The notes under the pieces were generated by a model. The model searched no databases. It saw nothing but the letters and a program-made list of their open reading frames with translations, and was not told the origin of the DNA. 64,000 bases of DNA from an uncultured Pseudomonadota bacterium (GTDB taxonomy: Bacteria > Myxococcota_A > Polyangia > Fen-1088), in NCBI GenBank assembly GCA_963847705.1, contig CAWKBC010000030.1, forward strand, positions 448,001-512,000, read 5' to 3'. How positions within the stretch are numbered: position 1 is the first letter of the stretch; every line of letters begins with the position of its first letter. Of this stretch, positions 46,568 to 56,439 are shown one piece after another. Both the position numbers and the translations under genes were made by a program.

Positions 46568-46837
46568 ATGCTATTCGCAGTGATCGGCAGCAGCGCGGGG
46601 AAGAGCCGCCAGGAGATCATGTCGGTCTATCCCCGGCACAAGGCGTTCCTCGACCAGTTCGTCGCGCGCGGCGAGGTGGCGGGGGTGGGCCCTTTCACCG
46701 ACCCCGGTGGCGGCAACATGGCCCTCTTCCGCAGCCGCGCGGCAGCCGAGGCGTTCGTCGAGGGAGACCCGTTCCTCCTGGAGGGCGTCGTGCAGGCGTA
46801 TCAGATCAAAGACTGGGGCGACCAGATGCTGGCGTAG
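46568..46837 (+). CDS. YciI family protein
   Basis: H..FL.......G...GPF and A.AF...DPF...G......I..W. AAGGAG RBS. Confidence 0.85.
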   Translation: MLFAVIGSSAGKSRQEIMSVYPRHKAFLDQFVARGEVAGVGPFTDPGGGNMALFRSRAAAEAFVEGDPFLLEGVVQAYQIKDWGDQMLA

Positions 46838-46901
46838 CGGGAGCGGACCGATCGTCGGCGGAGGTTGCCCCGGTCCGTGAGGCGGTCGGGGAGCCCGGCG
46901 C

Positions 46902-47375
46902 ATGTACAATGGCCGCCGCCCGAGCTTCATGTCCCTCGCCAGCATCGCCGCCGTCGCCTTCATCGGAACGATCTTTTGGGTCGCCAGCCCGGAGGCCGCC
47001 AGCGCGCTGGCCGGCGCGCAGCACCGGTGGTCGCCTCTGGCGATCGGGCTGGTCGCCGCGGGCGGGCAGTCCGTCGCGCTGGTGGGCCTCTATTTTTTCG
47101 GCGGCCAGCTCCGCCGCCACTGGCGCTGGTTCGACCGACAGTGCGCACGCGCGCGATCGCGTTCCCCCCTCGGCAACAGCCAGCGCTACGCAACCGGCGT
47201 CGTCGCGACGGCCAGCCTCCTCGGCTTCCCGCCCGTCTCGGTCACCGCCACGCTGCTCTCGGGCGTCGCGCCCCGCCCGCTGCCGTTGCTCCCTCTGATG
47301 CTGCTCCTGCGCCTGGTGCGGTTCATCGCCCTCGGCTGGGCGGGGTCACGTTTCGGGTGGCGGCTCCCCTGGTAG
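46902..47375 (+). CDS. Small integral membrane protein
   Basis: Several hydrophobic segments. LG.PP and R.VRF motifs are reminiscent of DedA/VTT proteins. Confidence 0.65.
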   Translation: MYNGRRPSFMSLASIAAVAFIGTIFWVASPEAASALAGAQHRWSPLAIGLVAAGGQSVALVGLYFFGGQLRRHWRWFDRQCARARSRSPLGNSQRYATGVVATASLLGFPPVSVTATLLSGVAPRPLPLLPLMLLLRLVRFIALGWAGSRFGWRLPW

Positions 47376-47460
47376 GGGCGGTTTTCCAGCGTTCCTCGCG
47401 GGGCGGCGGCGGCGCCGGAAAACCGAGCGTCACCACCGCGCGGTCGGGTAGAAGGGTCAG

Positions 47461-49107
47461 ATGAGCACGAAGGTCTCCGACCCTCCCGTGTTGCAGGTCG
47501 GCCGGCTGCAACGGTCCGTCGGCTTCTACGGGCTGATGATGGTCTCGCTGGGATCGATCATCGGATCGGGCTGGCTGCTGGGCGCGCTCAACGCCGCGGA
47601 GCGGGCCGGCCCGGCGTCGGTTCTGTCCTGGATCCTCGCGGCCGGGATGCTGTCGCTGCTCGCGCTGGTGTACGCAGAGCTGGGCGCGACCTATCCGGTG
47701 GCCGGCGGCGCCGCGCGGTTCCCCTATTACTCACACGGCTCGGTGGCCGGGTTCACGGCGGGATGGGCGTCCTGGCTGCAGGCCGTGTTCATCGCGCCGC
47801 TCGAAGTCCTGGCGGCGATCACCTACGTCAACAGCGTCGGCTGGGTCAACCAGCACTTCGGCATGATCTCCAAGGTTGGGGCGAACGCCGGCCTGCTGAA
47901 CGGCACCGGGCTTTGTGTCGCGATCGTCCTGATGGTGGCGTTCACCGCGATCAATCTGGCGGGCGCCAAGTTCCTCTCCGACAGCAACGTCATCGTCGTC
48001 ATCTGGAAGACAGCCGTGCCGGTGCTGGCGGTCGGCGTGGTGGCCGCGCTGCAGTTCAAGCCGTCGAACTTCCAGGCGGGGGGCGGGTTCATGCCGTTCG
48101 GCTTTCACGGCGTCTTCGCCGCGTTGACCGGCGGCGTCGTGTTCGGGCTGCAAGGTTTTGAACAGGCGGTCCATCTGGCCGGGGAGGCGCGCGACCCCAA
48201 GCGAGATCTGTCGCGCGCGATTCTGGCCGCCATGGCGATCGGGGCGGTGCTCTATGCGCTGTTGCAGATCGTCATGATTGGCGCGCTCGACCCCGCCCAC
48301 ATCGCCAAGGGCTGGTCGATGCCGCTCGGCAGCGATCCGTCTGATTACGGCGTCTGGTACACCCTGGCGCTGGCGCTGGGCGCGGGATGGCTCGCCAAGG
48401 TGCTGCTCATCGACGCGGTCATCTCACCGGCGGGCACGGGCGTGGTCTACCTCGGGACCACGGCCCGGCTCTCGTACGCCCTCGGCGAGGAGCCCGAGAT
48501 GCCGACCGCGCTGGCCACGACCAGGAAGGGCGTGCCGGTCGTCTCCATCGTCACGGCGGCTGTGGTCGGCCTGGCGGCGTTTGGGCCGTTCAAGAGCTGG
48601 AATGACCTGGTCAGCGTGGTGACCGCCGCGACGGCCATCATGTACGCCTTCGCTCCGCTGTCGCTGGCGGCGCTGCACAAGCTCGACGCGGGTCGGAGCC
48701 GGTCGTATCGGGTGCCGATGCCGAAGCTGGCGCTGCCTGCGGCCTTCTGCTCGGCCAACCTGATCATGTACTGGGGCGGGTTCGAGACGAACTGGAAGCT
48801 CGCGCTCGCCATGCTCGCCGGCCTCGCGCTCTTCGCGATCGGCGCCTGGCGGAGGCGCACCGCCGCCTGGCGCACGATCGGAAACGCAGTCTGGATGGGA
48901 CCGTGGCTGGGCGGCCACGTGGTCCTCGGATGGCTCGGGCGCTACGGCGGCGGCCGGAACATCCTTCCGAACTGGGTCGATGTCGGCGTGGTGATCGGCT
49001 TTTCGCTGGCGATCTTCCATTGGGCCACCGCGCTCAGGTTGAGCGGGGAAGAATCGGCCCTGGAGGTTGCCAAGGACGCGCGGCAGATCGACTACGAGGC
49101 GGCTTGA
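47461..49107 (+). CDS. APC family amino acid permease
   Basis: GSIIGSGWL, YAELGA.YPVAGG and GFEQA..LAGE...P. Confidence 0.95.
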   Translation: MSTKVSDPPVLQVGRLQRSVGFYGLMMVSLGSIIGSGWLLGALNAAERAGPASVLSWILAAGMLSLLALVYAELGATYPVAGGAARFPYYSHGSVAGFTAGWASWLQAVFIAPLEVLAAITYVNSVGWVNQHFGMISKVGANAGLLNGTGLCVAIVLMVAFTAINLAGAKFLSDSNVIVVIWKTAVPVLAVGVVAALQFKPSNFQAGGGFMPFGFHGVFAALTGGVVFGLQGFEQAVHLAGEARDPKRDLSRAILAAMAIGAVLYALLQIVMIGALDPAHIAKGWSMPLGSDPSDYGVWYTLALALGAGWLAKVLLIDAVISPAGTGVVYLGTTARLSYALGEEPEMPTALATTRKGVPVVSIVTAAVVGLAAFGPFKSWNDLVSVVTAATAIMYAFAPLSLAALHKLDAGRSRSYRVPMPKLALPAAFCSANLIMYWGGFETNWKLALAMLAGLALFAIGAWRRRTAAWRTIGNAVWMGPWLGGHVVLGWLGRYGGGRNILPNWVDVGVVIGFSLAIFHWATALRLSGEESALEVAKDARQIDYEAA

Positions 49108-49309
49108 CCTTCGGCTCGGCCGCCGTCGATCTGGCGTCCGCGCGCGGCTGCCCCGTCCACTGAACGGTGATGCCGGAGACGAACTGGTTGATGTCCGCGC
49201 TGGCGAGATCCGTGGGCGAGGAAGCACCACCCAGAGAATGCCCGATTCTCCGGAATCTGAGCTGCGCTCGCCCCTGTTCGACCCGCTCGCGGCGCGTCTC
49301 CCTTTCTCT

Positions 49310-50257
49310 CTAAAATCGCAGCTCGAGCCCCAGCGCGCCGCGGGAAGCGTTGGCCGGGACCTGATAAATGGCAATCGAGTACTGATTGAAGAAGGTCCTC
49401 CGCCCGGTCGGGACGACGACCTCGGCTCGCCCGAAGACGGCGACCGCCGGAGAGATGCTCAATACGGCCATTGCCGAGCCGACCAGTGAGAACCAGTCGT
49501 GCGTGCGGTCCTGAAAGCCCGCGCCCGAGCCCCGCATGATGGCCAGCTCGCCGCCGGCGCAGGGGCCGATCTCGAACCGATCGCTGACGATGGTCGCGCA
49601 TCCGCGGGCCGAGACGTCGAACAGCAGGAAATCGGCCTGGTCAACGCCCGTCGCTGGCGTGCGCCGGTTCGGAAAGAAGCTCAAACCACCGAGCGCGCGG
49701 AGACGCCAGTCGGGGAACGTCCAGATTGGTCCGGCCGACGCTTCCATGCCGCCCGCGGGCGAGTCGGGCATGGTGCCCCAGTCGAGGAGCCCGTTCAGCA
49801 TCACCACGAACGTCGCAGGCGGGGGCTCGATGGCGGATGCGAGAGGAGGTTTCTCTGGGGCCGGCGCCGTCGCGGTGGCGGGCGGGGTGTCGGGTCCCCC
49901 CTCCACCCAGAGGGTGATGATGAGCGCGGCGGCCGAGGCGATCGCCTCGCAGCTCTCCGCCTCGAACCGGCGCTCCGCCCGCGTGTAACCCGCCTGGAAC
50001 AACAAGCTGGCCTGCCAGCGCCCGGCGGTTGGTCCGCGCACGCTCACCATCGCCACGACGGGGACCAGCACAGTCCCCGACCGCGCCAGGTTTTCTTCCA
50101 CCTTGGCCTCGACACGCTCCGCGCTCGGACACCCCGCCGGCGCCTGCCAGAGCACCATGATCGCCTTCGACTGCGCCGCCGCGAGGCGTGCGCTGCCGAC
50201 CGCCATCACCGCCGCCACCAGCGCCACGGTCCGCGATGCGATCGCCGGTCTCCTCAC
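49310..50257 (-). CDS. Secreted/outer-membrane hypothetical protein (myxobacterial W.AP.GCP family)
   Basis: Signal peptide, W.AP.GCP, R.F...SC..IA.A.ALII, and a beta-rich C-terminus ending LELRF. Confidence 0.7.
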   Translation of the reverse strand: MRRPAIASRTVALVAAVMAVGSARLAAAQSKAIMVLWQAPAGCPSAERVEAKVEENLARSGTVLVPVVAMVSVRGPTAGRWQASLLFQAGYTRAERRFEAESCEAIASAAALIITLWVEGGPDTPPATATAPAPEKPPLASAIEPPPATFVVMLNGLLDWGTMPDSPAGGMEASAGPIWTFPDWRLRALGGLSFFPNRRTPATGVDQADFLLFDVSARGCATIVSDRFEIGPCAGGELAIMRGSGAGFQDRTHDWFSLVGSAMAVLSISPAVAVFGRAEVVVPTGRRTFFNQYSIAIYQVPANASRGALGLELRF

Positions 50258-50519
50258 GGTCCCCCGAACATAACGCAACTCGACAGCCGGATCGCCGTCC
50301 CGGGCGCTCTCAGCGCCCAGGAGGGCGTCGCCGAAAGGCGACGGTGAGCGAAGCGAACCATGCCCGACGACGTGCCGCCCGGTAGGCGGCCTCAGGCGGT
50401 CCAAGGCGGCCTGGCGGGTTTTGCCTGCTTCGTATCCCGCCTTGCGCCTGCTTCCAGCCTGGACCTTGTCCGGCGACCGGCGGACTTCAGGTTGAAGCTC
50501 GCTGCGCTCGGGGAGGTTC

Positions 50520-51413
50520 GTGGTGGAAAACGAAGTGATTCACATCGTGTTTGCCAGTGACGCCGAGGGCGTGGAGGGGATGGCGGTCGCGGGGTTTTCA
50601 GCGCTGGAGCTCTGCAGCCGGCCTGTCCACGTGTGGGTGATCGACGACGGGATCCCGCGACCCGCCCAGCAACGATTGCAGGCAACCTGGCGCCGCTGCC
50701 CGGCCTATTCGGGGTCGACGTTCATCCCGATGTCGAGCCTCCCGATCTCCATGCCGTCTCAGTGGGAGCGAAAGGTGTGGCCCCTGATCTCGGCCGCCCG
50801 TTTCCAGGTTGCCGACGTGCTGCCGAAACAGGTCAACCGGTGCGTCTATCTGGACATCGATATCCTGGCGGGCGCCGACCTGGCCGAGCTGTTCGACCTC
50901 GATCTCGCGGGCAATCCGCTGGGGATGGTGCGGGCCACCTACATCCCCGATCATGACAAGGCCTACCTCAGAACCATCGATCTGGATCCAGATGTCTATT
51001 GCAACGCCGGGGTGCTGCTCATCGATCTGGAGGCCTGGCGGCGCGAAGGGGCCGGCAGCGGGCTCATCAGCACCGGACGTGCGATGCCACCGAACATCTG
51101 GTTCTTCGACCAGGACATGCTCAACACCTACTTCAAAGGTCGCTGCCTGCTGCTGGAGAGCCGGTGGAACTGTCAGGATGCGGGCGTCACCCCGCAGGGA
51201 AGGCTCCAGCATTTCGCCGGTTCGACCAAACCCTGGAAAATGCCACCCGCCGCGGCCACGCTGGTCGGCCATGTCGCCTGGCACGGCGCCAAGCGGCGAA
51301 GTGGGTTCGAACCTTTGCAGGTGCCGACCTATCTCAGATTGAAAAAGCAGCTCCGCGTCCTGGCGGCCAAGGTCCAGCGCCGCCTCACCTGGCCCGAGAG
51401 GCCTTCGAGCTAG
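50520..51413 (+). CDS. Glycosyltransferase family 8
   Basis: IHIVFASD, YLDID, Y.NAGVLLIDL..WR, DQD.LN and HFAG..KPW. Confidence 0.92.
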   Translation: MVENEVIHIVFASDAEGVEGMAVAGFSALELCSRPVHVWVIDDGIPRPAQQRLQATWRRCPAYSGSTFIPMSSLPISMPSQWERKVWPLISAARFQVADVLPKQVNRCVYLDIDILAGADLAELFDLDLAGNPLGMVRATYIPDHDKAYLRTIDLDPDVYCNAGVLLIDLEAWRREGAGSGLISTGRAMPPNIWFFDQDMLNTYFKGRCLLLESRWNCQDAGVTPQGRLQHFAGSTKPWKMPPAAATLVGHVAWHGAKRRSGFEPLQVPTYLRLKKQLRVLAAKVQRRLTWPERPSS

Positions 51414-51432
51414 AACGCAAGAGGCGGCCGCC

Positions 51433-52515
51433 TCAGGTCCGCAGAGGCGGAAGCATTCGAATCGCCGGGGGGGAGCCCCCGACCGGGCGGTGAAGCTCGA
51501 CCCGTCCGCCGGCCGCGCGCCCCTGTTCGTAGGCGGCGGTCCGCAGGATCGCGCTGGCGCTGCGGGTCGTGCGGCGCGGGTACCTGCGCCGGAGGTAGGC
51601 GTCGCGTTGGGCGTCGGCGTGGCGGACCAGACCCTGGCTCTGGCTGACCCGCTCGCCCGCGCGCAGCTTCTCGTCGAAGCCGCTCATCACGCCCGCGCAG
51701 AAGCGCCGCCGGTCCATGTCGGAGCGGATGCCGAGCGCGCGTTTGTGCTCGCGCCAGAGCCGCTCCGCGGTGTCGGTCAGGAAGGCATGCACGTACACGG
51801 CGACTTCCAGATTGGCCGGGGTCCCGCAGAGCTCCAGCACGTGGCCGCGCCGGCCCGACTCGGCGAGGTAGGACGGGATCCAGATGACGCTCACGAAGAA
51901 GTGGCGGCCGAGGATTCCGGCCAGGATGCGTTCGCTGGTTTCGGTGCGCGCTTTCACCGGGCCGACGTGCCGGTAACCGTAGCCGTCCGTGCTGGCCGTG
52001 GCGGCCGCGTCGACGTTGTGCAGGAGCATGAGCCGGCGCGCTTCGTTCATGGCCGCTTCCGCCTCGTGCAAGTTGGGGCTTTCGGCCAGCGCGAGGAGCC
52101 GCGTGATCCGGCGCAGGACAGGGTGCGGTCCGCCCTCCGGGCCCCCGGCGGGCATCCCGGCGGCCTTGGCGTCGATCCCATGCTCGCGACAGACCCGCGC
52201 GAACGCCGGTCCGTGCGCCGTCTCGTCGTGGATCTGCAGCGCCTCGTCGACGTACTGGTGCGCGATCTCGTGCTTGAGCACCTCGCGGACCAGCCCCCAG
52301 GGATGGCCGAAGACCAGCCCGCGGGCGAGCGAGATGGTCCGCTGCAGGCGATGCCAGCTCCCGAGGCGGTGCGGCCCGTCCGACAGCGCGAGGACGGGCG
52401 CGCGGAGGGCGCCGCGGAAGTGGGTCTCGGAGATCTCGCGCCAGGTCAGGGCCAGCTCGCGGAGCAGGGCGGCCTCCAGGAAGATCCGATCGCGGGGCGA
52501 GCTGGCGCGCGGCAC
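51433..52515 (-). CDS. SprT-like metalloprotease-DUF2786 fusion protein
   Basis: LKHEIAHQ and H...F..C, followed by RI..LLALA.S.N.HEA.AA...A..LM..HN. Confidence 0.85.
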   Translation of the reverse strand: MPRASSPRDRIFLEAALLRELALTWREISETHFRGALRAPVLALSDGPHRLGSWHRLQRTISLARGLVFGHPWGLVREVLKHEIAHQYVDEALQIHDETAHGPAFARVCREHGIDAKAAGMPAGGPEGGPHPVLRRITRLLALAESPNLHEAEAAMNEARRLMLLHNVDAAATASTDGYGYRHVGPVKARTETSERILAGILGRHFFVSVIWIPSYLAESGRRGHVLELCGTPANLEVAVYVHAFLTDTAERLWREHKRALGIRSDMDRRRFCAGVMSGFDEKLRAGERVSQSQGLVRHADAQRDAYLRRRYPRRTTRSASAILRTAAYEQGRAAGGRVELHRPVGGSPPAIRMLPPLRT

Positions 52516-52576
52516 GCCTTTTCCTATACCCGATCCGGTGCTGGCTCCCCAGTCGTCTTCCGAGCGAGCGCCTCGC

Positions 52577-52945
52577 TCAGCGTCCGGGCTGGGCGAGGAG
52601 CCGCTCGACCTCGTCGGCGATCTCGCCGAGGGTGAGCGGGCGCTGAAGAAACTTGGCCCAGCCGCGCGGCCGCCGGCGCTCATCCTCTGCCTCCGTGGAC
52701 CCACCGATCGCCACGACCGGGATCCCGGCGGAGAGAAGCCCAACGAGCTCTCCCTCTTTCAATTCCTGCCCGCGCAGGTCGACCACAGCCAGCGCAGGGC
52801 GCACAGCCGAGCGCGAGAGCCGCGACACAAGGTCGGTCACCCTGACGAAGCCCTCCGCGTCATACCCCCTCTCGAGCAGCTCGGCCCGGAGATAGGCGCG
52901 CGGCCAATGATCGGAATCCACGATCCAGACAGGCATCCGTGCCAT
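52577..52945 (-). CDS. Atypical receiver-domain protein
   Basis: VWIVDSD...L...GY, PALAVVD, and FLQRP with Arg in place of the conserved Lys. Confidence 0.7.
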   Translation of the reverse strand: MARMPVWIVDSDHWPRAYLRAELLERGYDAEGFVRVTDLVSRLSRSAVRPALAVVDLRGQELKEGELVGLLSAGIPVVAIGGSTEAEDERRRPRGWAKFLQRPLTLGEIADEVERLLAQPGR

Positions 52946-53058
52946 GGCTCAAAGGTGCGACGAATACGCGGCAGCGGCAGGTCCGGATCGCTCAGTTTGA
53001 CGAAGGAATCGAACAGGCGGGGGAGGTGGTTGTTTGTCATGCTGAGGCAAGAGGTCAC

Positions 53059-53595
53059 ATGCTGAAGACGCGGTGGTGGTCGATGGTCCTTTTTGCAGCC
53101 GGCTGCGCGGGGCAAATGGCCAAGCCGGCGGCGACTTACGTCAAGCCGTCTGATTCGGAGCTGCGTCAGCGGCTGACGCCGATGCAGTATGCGGTCACTC
53201 AGCAGGACGGGACCGAACCGCCCTACCACAACGAATACTGGGACAACCACGCAGCGGGGCTCTACGTGGACGTCGTCACCGGTCAGCCTCTCTTCCTGTC
53301 GGTCGACAAGTTCGATTCCCACACCGGTTGGCCGAGCTTCACGCGGCCGATCGCGCCAGGAAGCGTGGTCGAGCGTCCAGACTACAAGCTCGGGTACCTT
53401 CGGCGAGAGGTGCGCTCGACGAGCGGGGACTCGCACCTTGGACACATCTTCGAGGATGGTCCGAGGCCGACCGGTCTGCGCTACTGCATCAACTCGGCGG
53501 CGCTCCGGTTCATCCCTCTCGGCGATCTCGAAGCGCAGGGCTACGGCAGCTATCGCTCGCGATTCACCCAGGGGTTCAGCGACGTGCCGCGCTGA
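53059..53595 (+). CDS. msrB: Peptide-methionine (R)-S-oxide reductase with a lipoprotein signal
   Basis: [36 protein letters not shown], and N-terminal lipobox FAAGC. Confidence 0.95.
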   Translation: MLKTRWWSMVLFAAGCAGQMAKPAATYVKPSDSELRQRLTPMQYAVTQQDGTEPPYHNEYWDNHAAGLYVDVVTGQPLFLSVDKFDSHTGWPSFTRPIAPGSVVERPDYKLGYLRREVRSTSGDSHLGHIFEDGPRPTGLRYCINSAALRFIPLGDLEAQGYGSYRSRFTQGFSDVPR

Positions 53596-53628
53596 GCTGG
53601 CCAGCCCACCTGACCCACCGCGCCTGAT

Positions 53629-54384
53629 TCACCAGAGCGGCTTGATTCCGTTCTTCTCGACGATGACCGACGAGGCGGCCCATTTGCCGTTGGCCCCCGC
53701 GGAGACGATGGCGAACACGGCGAGTCCGGGCTTGGCGTCGGCGAGCTTGGCGGGAACGATGGCCACGATGGGCGTCGAGGGTGGAACGACCACGGTCGCC
53801 ACGCCGCTGCAGGGCTTGCCGCCGGCCTTTGCCGCGTGGCCGACGCACTTGCCCCGCACGATCGCCGAGCCTTGGTAGGAGACGGTCAGCTGGCCGCCGG
53901 TCGACGCTGTCACGCTGGCGTTGGTCATGGTGTACGCCGCCGCCGCGTCGTGGGCGACGGCGACGGTACCGCTGGTGAGGCTGCTCGCCGCGGCGGGCGC
54001 GACCCCCTCGGGTTGATGGTCCCACGGGTAAGAGCCCTCGGCGAGGCCCTTCCAAGGAATGATGTGAATCTCTCGAGCCATCAGCAGGCCGGCCGGTCCA
54101 GGTACGGTGGTCACCCCCACGAAGTCGGTGTCCCTGATCTGGTCGAAGCGCCGGGATTCGACCGTGGCGAAGGGGACCGTGGGCGCGATCGACGCCGTGA
54201 CGATGGTGCCGTCCGGCCGGCCGATCGAGATCGACTTCGAATCGATGCTCGCGATCTTGCCGCGGACCACCGAGGGCGCCGGAAGGTCGGAGGCAAGCGC
54301 CAGGGCCGCTGCGAGCACGAACCCACCAACGACGGTGAGCGAAAGCAGGGGCGTGTACAGCCGTTTGACGGAGGGAACCGCCAC
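53629..54384 (-). CDS. Secreted hypothetical protein with two OB-like repeats (DUF5666-like)
   Basis: Signal peptide, VRG.I, A.EIHI, EG.YPWD and MTNA.V. Start uncertain (up to 54432). Confidence 0.75.
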   Translation of the reverse strand: MAVPSVKRLYTPLLSLTVVGGFVLAAALALASDLPAPSVVRGKIASIDSKSISIGRPDGTIVTASIAPTVPFATVESRRFDQIRDTDFVGVTTVPGPAGLLMAREIHIIPWKGLAEGSYPWDHQPEGVAPAAASSLTSGTVAVAHDAAAAYTMTNASVTASTGGQLTVSYQGSAIVRGKCVGHAAKAGGKPCSGVATVVVPPSTPIVAIVPAKLADAKPGLAVFAIVSAGANGKWAASSVIVEKNGIKPLW

Positions 54385-54675
54385 TGTCGCGGCAAGGTCG
54401 TCTGGCAGAATTCTGTGACCCCAGATGCCCACGCCGGAGTCTACCGTACCCTTCGGAGAACGGCGGCGAGTTCGTCATCGGCGAGACTACCGATTGCGGA
54501 TTCACCTTCCACGACTGGTGCGAGGAGGGGGGTGCAAAAGAGCTGCTTCGAGGACGGCACGCCTGCGTACGAGTTCGAGGTGGACGGCTCGCGCAAGATC
54601 GAGCACTGAGCCGCCGGCCGCAAACCGCGCTGATGGGCCCTACGAAACGGCGTGAGATTTCGTTAGTCTGTGCCC

Positions 54676-56115
54676 ATGGCCCACGGGAGTGAGCGGGTGA
54701 TCGACGTCCACGCCAAGGCGCTGCGGATCAACCTCGACAAGCGGCGCTACGGCACCTTCGCCGAGATCGGGGCCGGGCAGGAGGTCGTCCGCTGGTTCTT
54801 CCGCGTCGGCGGCGCCGCCGGCACCGTCGCCAAGAGCATGTCGGCCTACGACATGACGGTGAGCGACGCCATCTACGGCAAGGCGGAGCGCTACGTCTGT
54901 CGGCCGCGCCTCGAGGCGATGCTCGAGCACGAGCACCGGTTGAACCTGGACCGCCTCTCGGAGAGCCGCGGCGAGACCACCGCCTTCTTCGCCTTCGCCG
55001 ACACGGTGTCGGCCCGCAACTACCGCGGCACCAACGAGTGCCACGGCTGGATGGGGGTCCGCTTCCAGTCGCGGCCGCACGATCGCGACAGCCAGATCGT
55101 CATCCACGTCCGCATGCTCGACGGGGAGAACGCGCTCCAACAGGAGGCGCTGGGGATCGTGGGGGTCAACCTCCTCTACGGCGCGTTCTATCACGATGAA
55201 GATCCCGAGCTCCTCATCGAATCGCTGCTGGACGGTCTCACCACCCAGCGCATCGCCATCGACATGATCGAGCTGTCCGGGATCGCCTTCCGCGAGGTCG
55301 ACAACCGCCTCATGAGCATGAAGCTGGTCCAGCTGGGGCTCTCGGGCGCGGCGATGTTCGATCCCAGCGGCGCGGTGCTGCAACCGTCGGAGGTCCTCTA
55401 CAAGAAGAACGTACTGGTCGAGCGGGGGAGCTTTCGCCCCGTCTGTCACGTCAACATGGACATGCTGCGCAGCGCCCGTGAGAACTTCGAGCGCGATCTG
55501 GGGCTGCCGGCTGCCTCCGGCGACGTCGTCGAGCTGATGGAGCTGACCATGCGCAACCTCCGCGAGGAGGGGGGCGAGGTCGATCGGGCGGACTTTCTGG
55601 CGCGCGCCGACATGCTGGCCGCCTCGGGCAAGACGGTGCTGATCTCCGACTACTTCGAGTACTACCGCCTGGCCGCCTATCTCTCGCACTACAGCAACCA
55701 GCGGGTCGCCATCACCATGGGGGCGTCGAGCCTGCGTGACCTCTTCGACGAGAAGTACTACGGCGCGCTGGAGGGGGGAATTCTCGAGTCGTTCGGCCGC
55801 CTGTTCAAGAACGAGCTGCGCCTCTACATCTACCCCCTGCTCGATCAGGCGACCGGCAAGCTCGTCACCGTCGACAACCTCGAGGTGGCGCCGCACCTGC
55901 ACAAGCTCTACGGCTACCTGGTCGACAGCGGCTCCATCAAACAGCTGGAGAACGTCAACCGGGACTACCTGCACATCTTCTCGCGAGACGCCCTGCGGAA
56001 GATCCGCGCCGGGGACCTCAGCTGGGAGGCGATGGTGCCGCCCCAGGTCGCCGAGGTGATCAAGACCCGCCGCTTTCTCGGCTATCTCCCGCCCAAGGCG
56101 CCGCCGCTCGAATAG
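54676..56115 (+). CDS. Conserved protein of unknown function with a degenerate nucleotidyltransferase-like C-terminal domain
   Basis: KALRINLD...YGTFAEIGAGQEV.RWFF, ERGSFRPV.HVN and WE.MVP..VA..IK. No TM segments. Confidence 0.85.
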   Translation: MAHGSERVIDVHAKALRINLDKRRYGTFAEIGAGQEVVRWFFRVGGAAGTVAKSMSAYDMTVSDAIYGKAERYVCRPRLEAMLEHEHRLNLDRLSESRGETTAFFAFADTVSARNYRGTNECHGWMGVRFQSRPHDRDSQIVIHVRMLDGENALQQEALGIVGVNLLYGAFYHDEDPELLIESLLDGLTTQRIAIDMIELSGIAFREVDNRLMSMKLVQLGLSGAAMFDPSGAVLQPSEVLYKKNVLVERGSFRPVCHVNMDMLRSARENFERDLGLPAASGDVVELMELTMRNLREEGGEVDRADFLARADMLAASGKTVLISDYFEYYRLAAYLSHYSNQRVAITMGASSLRDLFDEKYYGALEGGILESFGRLFKNELRLYIYPLLDQATGKLVTVDNLEVAPHLHKLYGYLVDSGSIKQLENVNRDYLHIFSRDALRKIRAGDLSWEAMVPPQVAEVIKTRRFLGYLPPKAPPLE

Positions 56116-56175
56116 GCGTGCACTCCCGTGCTGGGAGCGCCGACGTGCGATAGCCTCACCGCCCAGGGAACGCGC

Positions 56176-56439
56176 ATGGACTCGTCACCGTCGAGCGGAA
56201 CACCAATCACCGCACCCCTCGCGCTGGTGCTGGAGCTGCTCTCGTGGGTGGCGGCGCGACCGCGCAGCTACGGTGAGACGATGGAGGCCTGGCGGACCTC
56301 GTGCCCCCGGATGCCTGTCTGGGAGGACGCCACCGCGAACGGCCTGGTGACCGTGGTGCCGGGCGAGGGCGGCATGCGCGACAATGCTGTCTGTCTGACC
56401 GCGGAGGGCCGCTCTTTTCTCGAGGGCCATGGGCGATGA
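56176..56439 (+). CDS. Small conserved hypothetical (wHTH-like) protein
   Basis: L.WV...[18 protein letters not shown]...GLV and LT..GR..L. Confidence 0.8.
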   Translation: MDSSPSSGTPITAPLALVLELLSWVAARPRSYGETMEAWRTSCPRMPVWEDATANGLVTVVPGEGGMRDNAVCLTAEGRSFLEGHGR

